From Atractiella rhizophila (lineage: Eukaryota), in NCBI GenBank assembly GCA_021432655.1, contig MU271218.1, positions 39,277 to 88,130 on the forward strand: a stretch of DNA of 48,854 nt. Direction: 5' to 3'. The notes below the pieces were generated by a model. It was not told where the DNA came from. It searched no databases and worked only from the letters and a program-made list of their open reading frames with translations. Made by a program: the position numbers and the translations under genes. Below, one piece after another: positions 24,896-37,892 of the stretch. How positions within the stretch are numbered: position 1 is the stretch's first letter; every line of letters begins with the position of its first letter.

Positions 24896-27098
24896 CACGA
24901 TCGTGAGGATGGAGATGGCAAAACTGTTCGTGGGAGCGGGTGGATTAGGCCGCCGTTGCAATTAAGACGGATTAGGATGGTGTTGGGTGGAAGAAGTCTG
25001 CGTCCGGACGTTGAAGGCTTTAGTTCTCTAGCACTTCACTACCAGATAGTGCCACAGGAAATCCTAAAATATGTAAAAGAACTGAAATCCTTTACAATAC
25101 TAGGACCTAAATTACACTGCAATTCAAACGAGAGCAAGAGCAGTACGCTCTGATACTGATGCTTCGTTCCCTAATGAGCCGAATGCGAGAGGAAGGCTAC
25201 ATAAGCCTGGGAGAACAATGGTCAGCAGTCGGCAATCAGGCCGGCGGAGGTGGTAGGGGAACTCGCTTGCATCTCAGCGAGAACATCGGTGATGTTCGAG
25301 TCGGGAGGGAAGGCAGAGGTTTAGGGGCCCCAGAGCTGGGCCAACGCAGATTGTTTGTTGTGGTCCTTGACTAACCAGTCCCCCTTGCGATCCTCCTCCC
25401 CGATGAGCCGTTACATCGTCGACCTCGATGTCACGAAGCAAGCGTCGGTAGAAGGTGATCAACGGAGTGTGAGACAGTGTGGAAGAGGATGAGGTCGAGG
25501 AGAGAATAGGACGGCGTCAGGGAACACAGGACAGGCATAGGATGGCGAGGGAGTCCGAACAGAAGTGTGAGGAAAGTGCGACGCGGGAATCTGACATCCC
25601 CTTGTCACATCTGCCCTCCCTGCTATTCGACATTCAACCTCAAGTCCACATTCTACGTCTGACTTCCGAGCGCTCACGCTTGATGCAGCCCGTGAGGGAC
25701 AGTGGAGTGCGAGAGGAGGTGGAGTGAGACTAGCAGAAAACGGAGTAATGGGCCGAGTGCGCATGTCAGTTAGGACACTGGTGGCAAGGAAAGAGAGAGA
25801 GAAAGGGAATACACTGCCAGGAGAAAGAGAAGTCCCAACGAGGCTACCGTGCGAGAAAGGCGGAGGGGTTGGCGGAACGAGAGCCTCGGGGTAGAGAGTA
25901 AGTGCAGCAAAAAGAGATGGCAGAGGTCGAAAAGGAGTAGTAGAGACGCCAGGACGGTGCTTCTCACGTCCTTCTGCGCTCGCCGACTACATTCGTCCCC
26001 TCTGTCCACCATTTTCAGCATTTGAAGTGCCTCTCCTACTTTGGGTTGATTTTAGATGACCATTTTGCGAGAGAAGGTGGAAGGGATTGTTGAAGGGGGA
26101 TAGGCAATAGTGGAAGGCAAGAGAATAGGCGAGGCGGCGAAAGAAGGTGGCACGAGCGGGCTGGGCGGATGGGGTGGCAGGGACTTTTGCCTGACCTCCT
26201 TTCTTACCCCATCTGAGCCACAGTCCACCTCCTTCGCCATCACACGCGTCCCTACTACGCTTCGCGGTTGACTTGCAATGCTACGGTGAAGCAGGGTGCT
26301 AGAGTCGAGGGGGACGGCTGAAGCGGGCTTGGGGATGTTAGAGAGCGCGGTGAAACGAGAGGGCAATGGTGGGTGAGAGAAATCTTGTCACGCCCCTCCG
26401 ATGTCCAGGATCAATCCCCGACCCGCTGTCTCACTCCGTCCTCTACTTTCGCGATCTGACCCCCAACTCGGCCTGGCGTACATTTTGGAGGACAGAAAGG
26501 TTGGTGGAGGAGCGAAGAATGATGGATGTCGGCGGGGGTGTAAGGAGAGAGCGATAATGGAGCGAGAGAGGCGAGAGGTGTGGCAAGGGTTAGGGGAAAG
26601 ACGGATAGGTCGGATGGAGGTATTGAGACTGGTGCAGCGGGGCGGCGCTTCCTGCTTCCCCCTAACTGCCCTCTCGCTTCTTAGCCCGGCAGTGAAGGTA
26701 AGTCAGGACGCTGAGAGGGTGGAGCAATGCTGAGGCGGGACGGGGTTGCAGGGGGAGAGGGGGGATGGCTACCAGGGTGACAGGGAGGAACCTAATACCT
26801 AATGTCAGTAAAGGCAAATGCAAAAGAGGGAGAGGGAACGAGACGGTCACCTCTTCTCTCATACCTCTCTGCCCCCATCTCTTTCACACGTCGCCTTCCA
26901 TTATGCACCATTCTGTTGCCAACTTATTCCCTCCCTCCTTCGCGCTGATTGTACTTGTCCATTCATTGCTTGTGCACACACACTACCGTCTCCCCTTCCT
27001 GCGCCTCCCCACCTGGCGAGCCTTCTCTGTCACCAGCTGTCCAAGTATTTCGGTTCGTACCACCTCCTCACCCGTAGTCTAGGAAGGGTCCATCAGCA

Positions 27099-27210
27099 AA
27101 AGAGTGCGGTGGGGGATAACTGCGGTGAAAGAGTACTGAGGAGGAGAAAGGAGCAAAGAGTGCGGTGGGGGATAACTGCGGTGAAAGAGTACTGAGGAGG
27201 AGAAAGGAGC
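27099..27210 (+). repeat. Perfect 56-bp tandem duplication
   Basis: AAAGAGTGCGGTGGGGGATAACTGCGGTGAAAGAGTACTGAGGAGGAGAAAGGAGC twice; single copy in the homologous block at about 48467-48522. Confidence 0.95.
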
Positions 27211-30200
27211 CGGAGGCGATGACGAAGTAGGCTTAATGATGAGAGGGACACCAGAACCAGCCACAGCGAAGGAGACCAGCGAGACGCAAGCATGGGGCTG
27301 CATGAAAGGAACGGCTAGCTCAGAGCGAGAAGAGGAAGGGCGGCGGACTCGGAGATCGAGAGACGATGGAGGACGTTCGGAGACGGTGTACTAGTGACTG
27401 CTTGCGGAGGCGGAGGAGATGAAAGGAGCTGGAGCAGTTAGGTCATTTCTGATGACCAAAAATTCGCTTTCATGGGTCAAATTCGCGATGCGCCGCGTTC
27501 CCAATCATGATGCGCAAGCAAGGATCTCACGAGACACCACTCTGTCTTCCTTTTTTTCCTATGTTCGACTTGCAAAAGAATGGATGCAGGATCCACGCAA
27601 GAACATCTGTGGTACCACTGTCGGTGCATGGGCTAGATCGCACATGTCATTATCGAGATCCTACAGTATCGTCTAGAGTCACGAAACTGCAATAGTCGCT
27701 GCTGGTACGTCTCCACCTCTCCTCTCTCGTCTCGCTTGCTAAAGAAAATGAACATAGTTTGACACAAAGCCATCCACTCAAGAAGGGAGATCGCGTCGCA
27801 TTTGAGCCCGGAGAGAGACTCTTAGGACATGTCATGACTGCAAGGCGGGAAGGTATGAGCTATGCCCTTCCCTCAAGTTCGTCGTGACCCCGCCTTTCGT
27901 GAGTATTCCTCTTCCTTCTGTGGTACCTGTGTGGGTTCTAACTCATTGGATAGCAGGACGGAACTCTCCGCGGGTCTACAAGCTCCAAGGCGACCTGTAC
28001 GATCTGTCCCTCCCGTCTACTCCTCTCTCCAATCGCTAACTTTGACTTATCATGTACTTCCGGATTTGCTTTCGATTCCCTGCTCGCAGGGATTATCTTG
28101 TAAAGCAACACCGACTGGAGTGAACGTTTCCCTAGAAGAAGGAGCGATGGTCGAACCGCTCTCCGTGGCTGTCCAAAGCGTGGGACGTATCAATGGATGA
28201 AAGCTGGGTTGAACGTCGCCATCTGCGGGTTCATCTTCCTCGCCCTTCTCCTCCTCCACCGGTAAAAGAAAACAATACTAACGGTGTTGTGAAGAGCTGA
28301 TCTGTAGGAACCGTCGCACAGGCGGTGGCGAAGGCCTTTGCCGCTAGAACGATAATCGCCGTCGAGATTCAAGAGTGGTAGGATCACTTTGGCGAACAAA
28401 GGGGCGTGGGATCGAAGTTCATGCCTCCCAGACGTGCGTCCAACTCTAACGTCTCGTATGCATGACTTGTCTCATGTTTCCGTTTCTTTTTGACCGTCGT
28501 GTTTTGCGTTTGTGGTTTCGCGAAGGAGGGATAGCAGAGGATAGCGTACTCGAGGACGACGGAGAGGATCATGAAGAGGAGTTCAAGGTTGCATACTACG
28601 GATTGGAGGGTATCGACCTCCCTGTAGACATCACGGGAGGTGTGGACCAGGAGAATGGTGTCTCGTTCCCCGTTCCAACCTCGACATCCCAGCACAACAT
28701 TGTGTGAGCCGGGAGTAGGCGCTCGTGTGTCTTAGGCGGTATGTTACCGCTCCTTCATGTGCCATGTATATATGGCAGAGTGTTGAGGTCAGTTTCGAGG
28801 AGACCGTATCTACCTCGAGCACGGAGAGTCATGTAGGATATGCTACGAATCCAATGCGGGAAGGTGCGAGCTCTGTCCCTTCATCGAATTCCCCGCTACT
28901 TTTCTTTCCGTGAACTTTCCCTCTTCCTTCTCTCTCCTTTTCGTGGTACGCAACTTCGTGCTGACTTGATTGGTTGGCAGGGCGCTAGCTGCGAGACTAC
29001 AGACTATGCAAGACTTGTACATTATTTTACAATACCCCTCCGCTCTCCAAACGCTGACTTATCTGGTCCGTGATGACAGAGCCTACAGATTTCCCGATGT
29101 ACGTTCCAGGTCCCCTACTCTCGTCGAATATGTCGTATAATGGACTGCTGGTGTGATAACAGAACATCTCCGTAGATGAAGGGTTCCATGATCGAACCGC
29201 TCTCCGTGATCCTTCAAAGCCTAACACGTGTCGGAGGATGAAAGCAAAGTTGAAGGTTGAACTTCACCTTCGTCGGGTTTATCTCCCTCCCTTTCTCTTA
29301 TACCCTTCCAATAAAACCTCAATACGCGCCAACTTGTGTTGTGAACAGCCGATCCAAGAGTGCTACTCGCACAGGCAGTCACGAAGCCGTTAGGTACTTG
29401 AAGGATAAAGCTGTCGATATTTAGGAGCGTAGGCTAGCTTTCGCAAACAAGTACGTGGGGTTGGAGACTTTCGTTCCTCCCAAATGTGTGTCGACCTCTA
29501 GCCTCTCTCATGCGCGTTCTGTCTGACGTTTCCGTTCCTTTTACGAGAACAGGTGTGCATTCAGACGGTCTAACTTGTCAAGGACGGCGGAACGTACATC
29601 TAAGTGGGAATGGGCACCGAGTTCGTTCCAGGCGCCCGTCACTGCCATCCTCACGAAAGAGGTGACCCTCAAGGTTCTTTCAGTTCAGTCCTCCCTCCTA
29701 CGTTTTGCACTATAATGTTGTTCTGACGCTTCGTAGTTATTGATTTGCTCGATGAATACAGAGCGAGTGTTATGAGTAAGCAAATGATTTGCTCGCTAGC
29801 GGCCCTCGTAGACTGCTCAGCCGCTCATCACACATCGCCTCAAGTTCAGGCATGCAATTCGCATCTTTAAGACAATAAAGACTTGCCAACTCTCTTCTCT
29901 GCTGCCTTGATGTCACAAAGTTGAAACCTAGTGATGATAGTTCGCCCTAGGACGTGAAGAGAGGGGATGAGGAGGACGCGATAAAGACCACCGACGGATA
30001 CGACGACAATTGAGCCTTGCACCTACGTGAATGCAACTCTCGGGACTATTAAGGAATTGAAGGAACACAAAGTACTACACAAACGGTGGAATGGTACCAT
30101 TATTATACCACAGCTTCGATCTTCAATGGCAGCTCATTCCGTTTTCTTGATTAGTCCATCATCGAATGCACAAGTCGTCGTCAACCGTAAGAACAACTCA

Positions 30201-30756
30201 GGCAAGACTTAAAATGTGAAGGGCTTTTTACATAGTGGCACATTTTGGACGGAACTTCATGTCTTCGGCGCTTCTACAGGGAATCAGTAGAATTGTTTGC
30301 ATGAGAAAAGACATCCGTAATACAAACAGCTAGTGTCCTCCTCACGAACCCGGTCTCCCATGCCCTGAAGCTTCCTCAAAGAAATGAAATAATCATCAAG
30401 AGCAATTCTACTTCTTCCCATCCATCGTGAACCCACAAATAAACACTGGGAGACTGACTCACGCCACGCGATACGAAATAGCTATGACCTTTACCTCATT
30501 CTGTTCTAATAGTGTGTAAGGACAGACTCGGTGCAGACGGGGTTGTAAGATTGCTGACAACCATCGAGCACGAGGGAGGTGACCATTATGAGGTGCAGTA
30601 TGGGGAACAGATGGAGGGATGGCATTGTCCCGAACGAAGTCCAGCCCTGTTCCTGTCACCCATTTCAATGCTGTGTTCGATGCAGAGGGATTCGGACCAC
30701 GCACCTTCTTCTCGTATCTTCTCTGGGACACGAGTGAAATCTGAGTATCTCCAACA

Positions 30757-32589
30757 TCACTCCTCCCCACCCTCCCGAACCCATGAATTTCTGTCCTCCT
30801 CGTTCACACCAAAATCTCTCAAGGCGCTCCTGGCCATGCATATCTCTCCCTCAGGCCACGCCCCAAAGAATAGCTGAACCGTCAACCAGTGCCCTCTAAT
30901 TGTCTTCATCTTTTCAGCTCCATCCACCGTATCCGCCTCCTCCTTCACCCCCCTGTCCCCAAAGAACCAGCAGATGAACTCTGAGAATACGAACCCTCTG
31001 AATTCCCAGTCCACCACACAGTACCCAACATCTATGTACTTTATCGCTTTTGCATTTCTGAGGGAGTGGAAGAACTGGGGGGAAACGAGGTTGGAAGATT
31101 CGTCACCACCATCGAGGTAGAGTCTGGTGAGATGTTCGAGGTGTGAAAAGTCGAGTGGACTGGGTAGGATGGAGGTCTTTCCATCAGGCGAGTAGGGGGC
31201 GAGCGTGATGTTGAGATACGATAGAAGAGGTGGTAGACAGGAGCCTGAGACAGAGGGAGGGAGGGGACACAGGTTGGAGAGATCCAAATACGTGAGGGAG
31301 AGTGGGAGGGAGAGCGATTGGAGAGGCGGGTATGCATGAAGCTCTAGTATTTTGAGGTCCGATGATAATTGAAGGCCTGGTGACGTCGACGAGGCTGAGT
31401 CCTCCACATCTTCAGCATCGAAGAATCTGATCCTGTCACCCATCCTCCACATGATATTCTCGACCTCGTCCTTCTTCCACTTTCTCGAACTTAGCCCATA
31501 CAATCTTATGTGTTCCAACTTCGTTAAGCCTTCAATCGCATGCAACACAATCTTCGCCTCCTCTTCATTCCACAATGCATCCATCGCCAAATACGTAACG
31601 TTCGGCGAGCCAGCGATGACGTCTTTCGCCATCTCAACGCTGATGTCATCCTCAACCTCTCTCTGAAACCTGAGGGATGTCCTCAAACGCCCGGCATTAG
31701 GATAAGCTGTCAAAAGAGTATGCATCTCCTTCACAGGAACATATTCACCGAAATATGGGGCTAAAACAGCCTTCCAGAGCTGACAGACGGCAGAAAGTCG
31801 CTCGAAGTCAACAAGATGTCCAGTACCTTCTATGAGCCTTTCATCTTCATCGAATGAAAGAAACTCGATGATGAGTGAGAGGATCTCAGTAGGAAGGTGT
31901 GTGATACTGCATAAACTAATACCTGTAGGTCGAGTTGTGGAGAGGGAGAGTTGGATGGTTGTCCCCAGACCGGTGGATGGGATGTTTGATTCCTCCCATT
32001 CGCTTAGAGGAATGAAACACTGTTCCCCCTCGGAGTCTGAGTATAGGGCGACGGGGTCGAAGATAGCCTCAGAGCGATTATGTGGAAGGTGAAACGTGCA
32101 TGTGAAGGGCTGCACGTCCAGGTCATCCACATCCACGGATGCAAGATATTTGGCATCCCCAAAAGTCACCGCAATACTTTCCTCCTCCAACGCGATGCAT
32201 AGACTGCCTGTACCGTCGGGTTCGACTTCATTTTCGAGACCTGCCAGAGAGAAGTAGGATGATTTCGACGGCCCATAATACTCGCTCCAGAAGCCCATAG
32301 GCAAGACAAATGTGATCCGGAGCATGTGAATTGATGGAGGTAGGCGAGAAAGGAAAGAGGAGAGAATGGAGAGGTGGATCGGAGTGCCATGTTCTACCGT
32401 TACTGCGGTGATGAGATGCGCCAGTGCGATTGACTCTGTTCTCTGACCATCCTTGCATAAAATCGATGTTTCCTTTTTTTCACTCTGGGAGATAACATGC
32501 TGGACCACGAACGCACATTAAACGAGATAAGAGGGGGAGAGATCAGATCATGCCTGCAGCGCATCAGTACATTGTCCAACTTGAACCAT
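30757..32589 (-). CDS. F-box-like / LRR protein, array copy 4 (exon 1 32554-32589; GC-AG intron 32500-32553; exon 2 30757-32499)
   Basis: 583-codon ORF whose track start is GTG. The acceptor used in the other copies is deleted; the next AG (GGTCCAG|CAT) is in frame with the main ORF. Confidence 0.8.
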
Positions 32590-35500
32590 CTCGACGCTCT
32601 CCGCGCAATGATCAGGCAGATCAGATATCACTACTCGTGAAGATGGAGATCCCAGAACTGTTCGTGGAGTCGATGGATTAGGCGATCGTTGCAATTAGGA
32701 CGGATTACGATGGTGTTGGTGGAAGGAAGTGGGTGTCCGGACGTTGAAGGCTTTAGTTCTCTACCACTTGACTACAAGATAGTGCTGCAGGAAGTCTTAA
32801 AATATGTAAAAGAATCCTTTGCAATACTAGTACCTAAATTACACTGCAAATCAAACGAGAGCTAGTGCAGAACGCTCTGATATTGATGCTTCGTTTCGTA
32901 ATGATTGATTGTGAGAGGAAAGGCTAGATGTGGCTGTCACAGTTAGGGAGGCAGTTACCTATCTGGATGACAGAAGAGGCAGAGGAAACTACTTCTGAGA
33001 ACGTAGATGACACTTGAGTCACTAGCGGAGACGAGAGGGATGGAGGACGGAGGCTCAGGAGCACGAGAGGGACCAACCTAGATGTCCACTTGACGTCCCT
33101 GATGCAACACTGCACACTTTGCCCTCCTCTTTCTCCATCAGCCATTTCATTGTTGCCGTCAATGTCATGAAGCAAGCGTCGGTCGAAGGTGATCCATAGA
33201 GTGAGAGCCGGAGTGCGACGGGAGGTGGGAGGATAAGCTGGGAGAGAGGGTAGGAGGGCGGGATGGAACACGGGAGAGGTATAGGACGGCGAGTGCGAAT
33301 AGAGGTGCGAAAGAAAGTGCAAGGCGTCCCTCTGGCATCCTATGTTGATTATAGGCCCTTCGACACATCTCGCTTCCCATTTCGCTATCCGACTTCCCAC
33401 CTTCAGTCCACATTCACCTTCCGAGACTGACGAGCCTGGTGGAGGCTTGCGCGAAGTTGGAGTGAGGCAGGGGATGGATGAGATTAGCAGAAAAAGGAGC
33501 GGCGCAGCCAGGGATTACTGTGTGCACATATCAGTTAGGACACTTGTAACAAGAGAGAGAGAGGAGAAGGGGAATACATTGCGAGCGGGAAGGAAAGGTC
33601 TAACGAGGCCGGAGTGCGAAAAGAGGCGGAGGGTTGGTGGAAAGCCAAATGAAGGGTGAACGTTGGCGGAGAGGGTTGAGAGGTGGGGCAAGAGAGTATG
33701 TGAGGCGAAAGGAGATGGCGGAATGTGGGAGAGACGCCGGGACGAACCTTCTCACGTTTTTCTGCCATCACCAACCGCGTTCCCTCTATTCCCCTCTGTC
33801 TACCCTTTCGCCAGTTGATGTGTCGCCCGTGTCCTGGGTTGACTCCAAATGACCAGTATGCGAGAGAAGATAGAGGTCTCAGAGGGGGGGTACCTTGCCT
33901 AGGCAATGGTGGAGAACAAGTCGGGATGGTGAAAGATGGGGCGTGAATTGGGGATTGGCGGCGTCGCAATCTTCCATCACGACCTCTACGTTTCGCGGTT
34001 GACTTCTGGATGTCTAGTGCAAAGCAAGTTGGTTCGAGGCGAAGGATGGCGGAAGCGGGCTTGAGGGAAGGTGTGGGAGAGCGAGATGAAACGGAGGGCA
34101 TCAGTGAGTGAGAGAAAGCGTACCATGCCTCTTCAATGTTCATTCTCAATCCCCAACCCAAACTGCCACCTCCTTCGTCTGCCTTCACACTCGCCGTCCA
34201 TTTGGGAGGGCACAACGGTTGCTGGAGGAGTAGAGGACGATGAATGAAGAGAGGGGAGCGGAGGTGAGAAGAGGAGGATGCTGGAGCAAGAGAAGCAGGG
34301 CGAGAGTTACGAAAGCCAGATGAGTTGGGGAAGTATTGAGACTAGTGCAAGACTGCGCTTACACGGTACTCCCGCGGCTCCTTTTGCCTCCCATGCTTCT
34401 CTCATACTGCTCTCTTAGATCGAAGCCCCAGCAGCGGAGGTAAGGGAGGACGCGGGACGGGGCTGCCGGAGGGAGAGAGGTGATGAGTGTCCTTGGTGAC
34501 GAGCATCCTTGGTGTGGGGGCGAGGAACCTGATCCCTATGTCATTAAGCACAAATGCAAAAAGAGGGAGAGGGGGAAGGAAGGTCACCTCTTTTCTCGCA
34601 CCTCTCTTCGTTATAAAATTTTAGCCCTCCATTGACCATAGTGGGATCCACACCTGGCTTCTCTTTCGCCTTTCCTCACTCGCTCTCGCCCTCCACTGCA
34701 CATTGCGTGCCTCTTTCGTTGTGCTATGCCGTCCTCAGGCTCACTTTCACTGGGCAGCAGATAGCGGTGCTGGCACCTTCCTTTTCAGGCAGTGTTGTCC
34801 ATTCATTGCTCGCTCACACCCACGCTGCCGACTGCATCAACATTTGCATGTGGGAAGGGTACATGAGCAAAAGAGACGGTGGAGGATAGCTGAGGTGAAA
34901 AGGAATGTGGAGGAGAGCGAGCTGGAGGGCTGACGAAGGGGCTGGAACAGGAGAGGGACACTAGAACTGGTCAGAGTGAAGGAGACTGAGGACGGATGAA
35001 TGCCGCGAGAGAGGTGGGCTTGGGACTGCGAGAAAAGCAGCGAACTGGAAGCGTGAATGGCCGTAAGACGGTGGAGATACGATAGACGGCGAACGAAGGA
35101 TAGAAGGCGTGAAGCACAGTGGGTGGACGGGAGACTGTAGCGGAGGTCGAAGGAGATGACACAAAAAGGGAAGGGAGCTGCTCGCAGAGTCATCCACCTC
35201 CTGGCGATCGTAGAAAATCATTCAACAACATCCCAGTTTCATGCAACGATCTTCCCAACCAAGGCTGTCCCATTTATGCCTCCAAGCCGTGTTCCCCATT
35301 CCCCGGTGGCGGTTGACATTCTTAATTAGACTAGACTGAAGGATGGACTTGACAGGAATGAGACTGAGAGGAGGCTGATCAACCGCGTTAACTTGTGTGT
35401 TCTTCAGTTCTTGAAGCAGATTGCCACGCGGAGCGTTGGTTATACTTTGATATGTCGAGAATACTTCTGGGAGCCTCTTAAAGTAGAATTCCTGCTGGCG

Positions 35501-37892
35501 ATTTTTATGCACAGACTTGCAGAGCTGATTGATGCTCTCCAGCTGCAAAAAAAGCTTCCCATCCATCTATCCCATCGAGGGGGAGGAACTCCAGTAGCTC
35601 CCAGTCATCGTGGCAGCGCATCGCTCTCTACACTTCCTGCATAGCCGATACTATTATATCTTTGAGCAATCCATATCTTCTTTTCACAAACATGGGACGT
35701 TCGCTGAAGGAGATTCTGGAGCAGTTATCTCTAACTACCCATTGTTACAATGTTAGGGGTGGTGAAGATTTTCATGATCACGTTGATGGGTTAGGCATCA
35801 AATCATCATTCCCAGTTATCAATGGCCTATGTAGATGCTTCTCTCCTGATGACGGGTAAAAGCACCATTGAAAGATATTAGTTTGTCAGCGGCTGTTAAG
35901 GCTGCTCTTCTCCTGTCCACACCGGACACCTTCCTCACCCATATGGTGCGTTCATGGATATCAAGATGAGTGATTGCCTCTCAACAAATCTCGCTTTCAC
36001 AATAGTCAAACAAGGGGAAGGAGGATAGGTACGTTGGTATTGTGCATACGAAGTTGAAGCAGGAGGGCGTGGCGTGAATATGTGCCACATGTTAAAGCTG
36101 CAGGAAGTGGGAGCGGAGAAGGTGGGCGAGGGAGTATCATTCTTGATACTGTCAATGACAAGGAGCGAGAGTGTCCTTACGTGGACGGACATCTTGAGTG
36201 CGTTTATCTTTGTCTCTGGAGAACACTGATGGAGACAAAGATGCATGATATTTGAGCCTCGAGAAATCCATAAGGATGAGGAAGTAACACCGGGACGGTC
36301 CTGAAGAGTTCCCCATCACTCCCGCAGAGTTGGCGCATCGTGAGCGAGCCCACTGTGAGCATTCGAATATCAGATCAAGGTGAGTAACTTCCTTTCTGTC
36401 CCAGCTTCTGCTAGAAGACGACAGGCGGTGCGATCTCGCCTATCCCCAGAACCAGCAAAGAAGCACACTTCTGCTCCTTCGACACTTGCAACAACACAAC
36501 ATCTTTTATCGCCATTTCTCCTCCGCCCGCAAGCCCTTCTGTCGTTCCTCCTGCAGCAACCCCAGTGAGCTTCTACATCACTAGCGCCATCTCCTGTGCA
36601 AGCATCTGCGCCAACTGGCCCAGATCCAGTGATGACATCTGGTCCCGCTAGTTCTACGTCTTCATTGCCTCATGGCGACCTGCACAGAAGAGAACGAATC
36701 CTGTAATGAAAAACCACCAACGCCTACACTTACTCCTCGTCCACAGCTACTTTCTATCGCTCCATCGCCCTTACCGGAGCCCAAATCAACAAGTACAGCT
36801 GCAGACACACTCCCCTCGATTTCTCGAATTGATCAGTCGAACGGTGGTGTGTTGAAGAGTAGGTTCTCTGTTTTTTCTCCGAGATAAAGAATGAAGGTGG
36901 GTTTGGTTTCTGAAGTCAAGAAGGAGGACGAACCGGTGCAAAAGAGTAAGGAGTAAGCGAAGGAGGCAACTGGGAGGAAGGATGGGATTGTGAAGGAGAT
37001 GCGGCTAATTCACACCGGAAATCTCGACAGCATCTCTTCTCCACTGTCCTCGACTGGCACTCGCCGAGATATCTTTTCTGTCGGACACTTGCATCTACCA
37101 ACCAAATCTCATGCCGAACGGTACCATGTTGAGAATGAGATGATTGCTACGGTGTGGAGGAAGCCAAGGTGAATCGGATATTTTCGTTCCTCTCAAGCAT
37201 GCGTCCACCTCTAGCCTCTCTCGTCCACTTTTTTTCTTACGTTTCTGTTCATTTCTATGCATGTAATGTATTTATGTTCAGTGGAGGAGGGAGAGGAGAG
37301 GATTGCATGTTCTAGGAGGGTCGTAGGGATCTTGATGGGAGCTTGAATTTCCAGGTTACAGGCCATACACAGTGGGTGTGCAGGAGACTGCACGCGGAGG
37401 GCGGAGGAGATGACACAAAAGGGAGCTGCTCGCACAGTCCACATCCCATCCTTGCGATCGTAGAAAATCATTCAACTACTGGAGGCAACTATCTACCCAA
37501 ACCCAAGACTGTCGCGATTTACACCTCGCCGCCGTGTTTCCCATTCCCGTGTGGCCTTTGACACATTCTTCGCTAGACTAGACTGAGGGATAGAGTTGAC
37601 AGGAATGAGACTGAGAGGAGGCTAATCAACGGTGCCAATGTGTTTTTCTTCAGTTCTTGAAGCAAATTGTCAGGGGAAAATTTGGTTATACTGCGACAAG
37701 TGTGCAGTGCCCTCGTCCCTCGAGCATCCCCCCCCGCCAGGGGCTTCTCCCCTTGGCCCCAGCCTCTGGCGGCCACTGCGTGAGGCCTCGCCTTCGGCGA
37801 GCACAGACTCACCATATGTACTCTACTGTCTTCAAAAAACAATGAAAGCTGAGTGGTCTCCTCATACCTCGGAGAACCACTTCAGCTTTTGA

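Noticed and set aside
24854..25153. Divergent small plus-strand ORF (HLDVLRAMIRHH...) upstream of the F-box genes
   Set aside because: Non-ATG start, antisense to exon 1, and truncated at different points in other copies.
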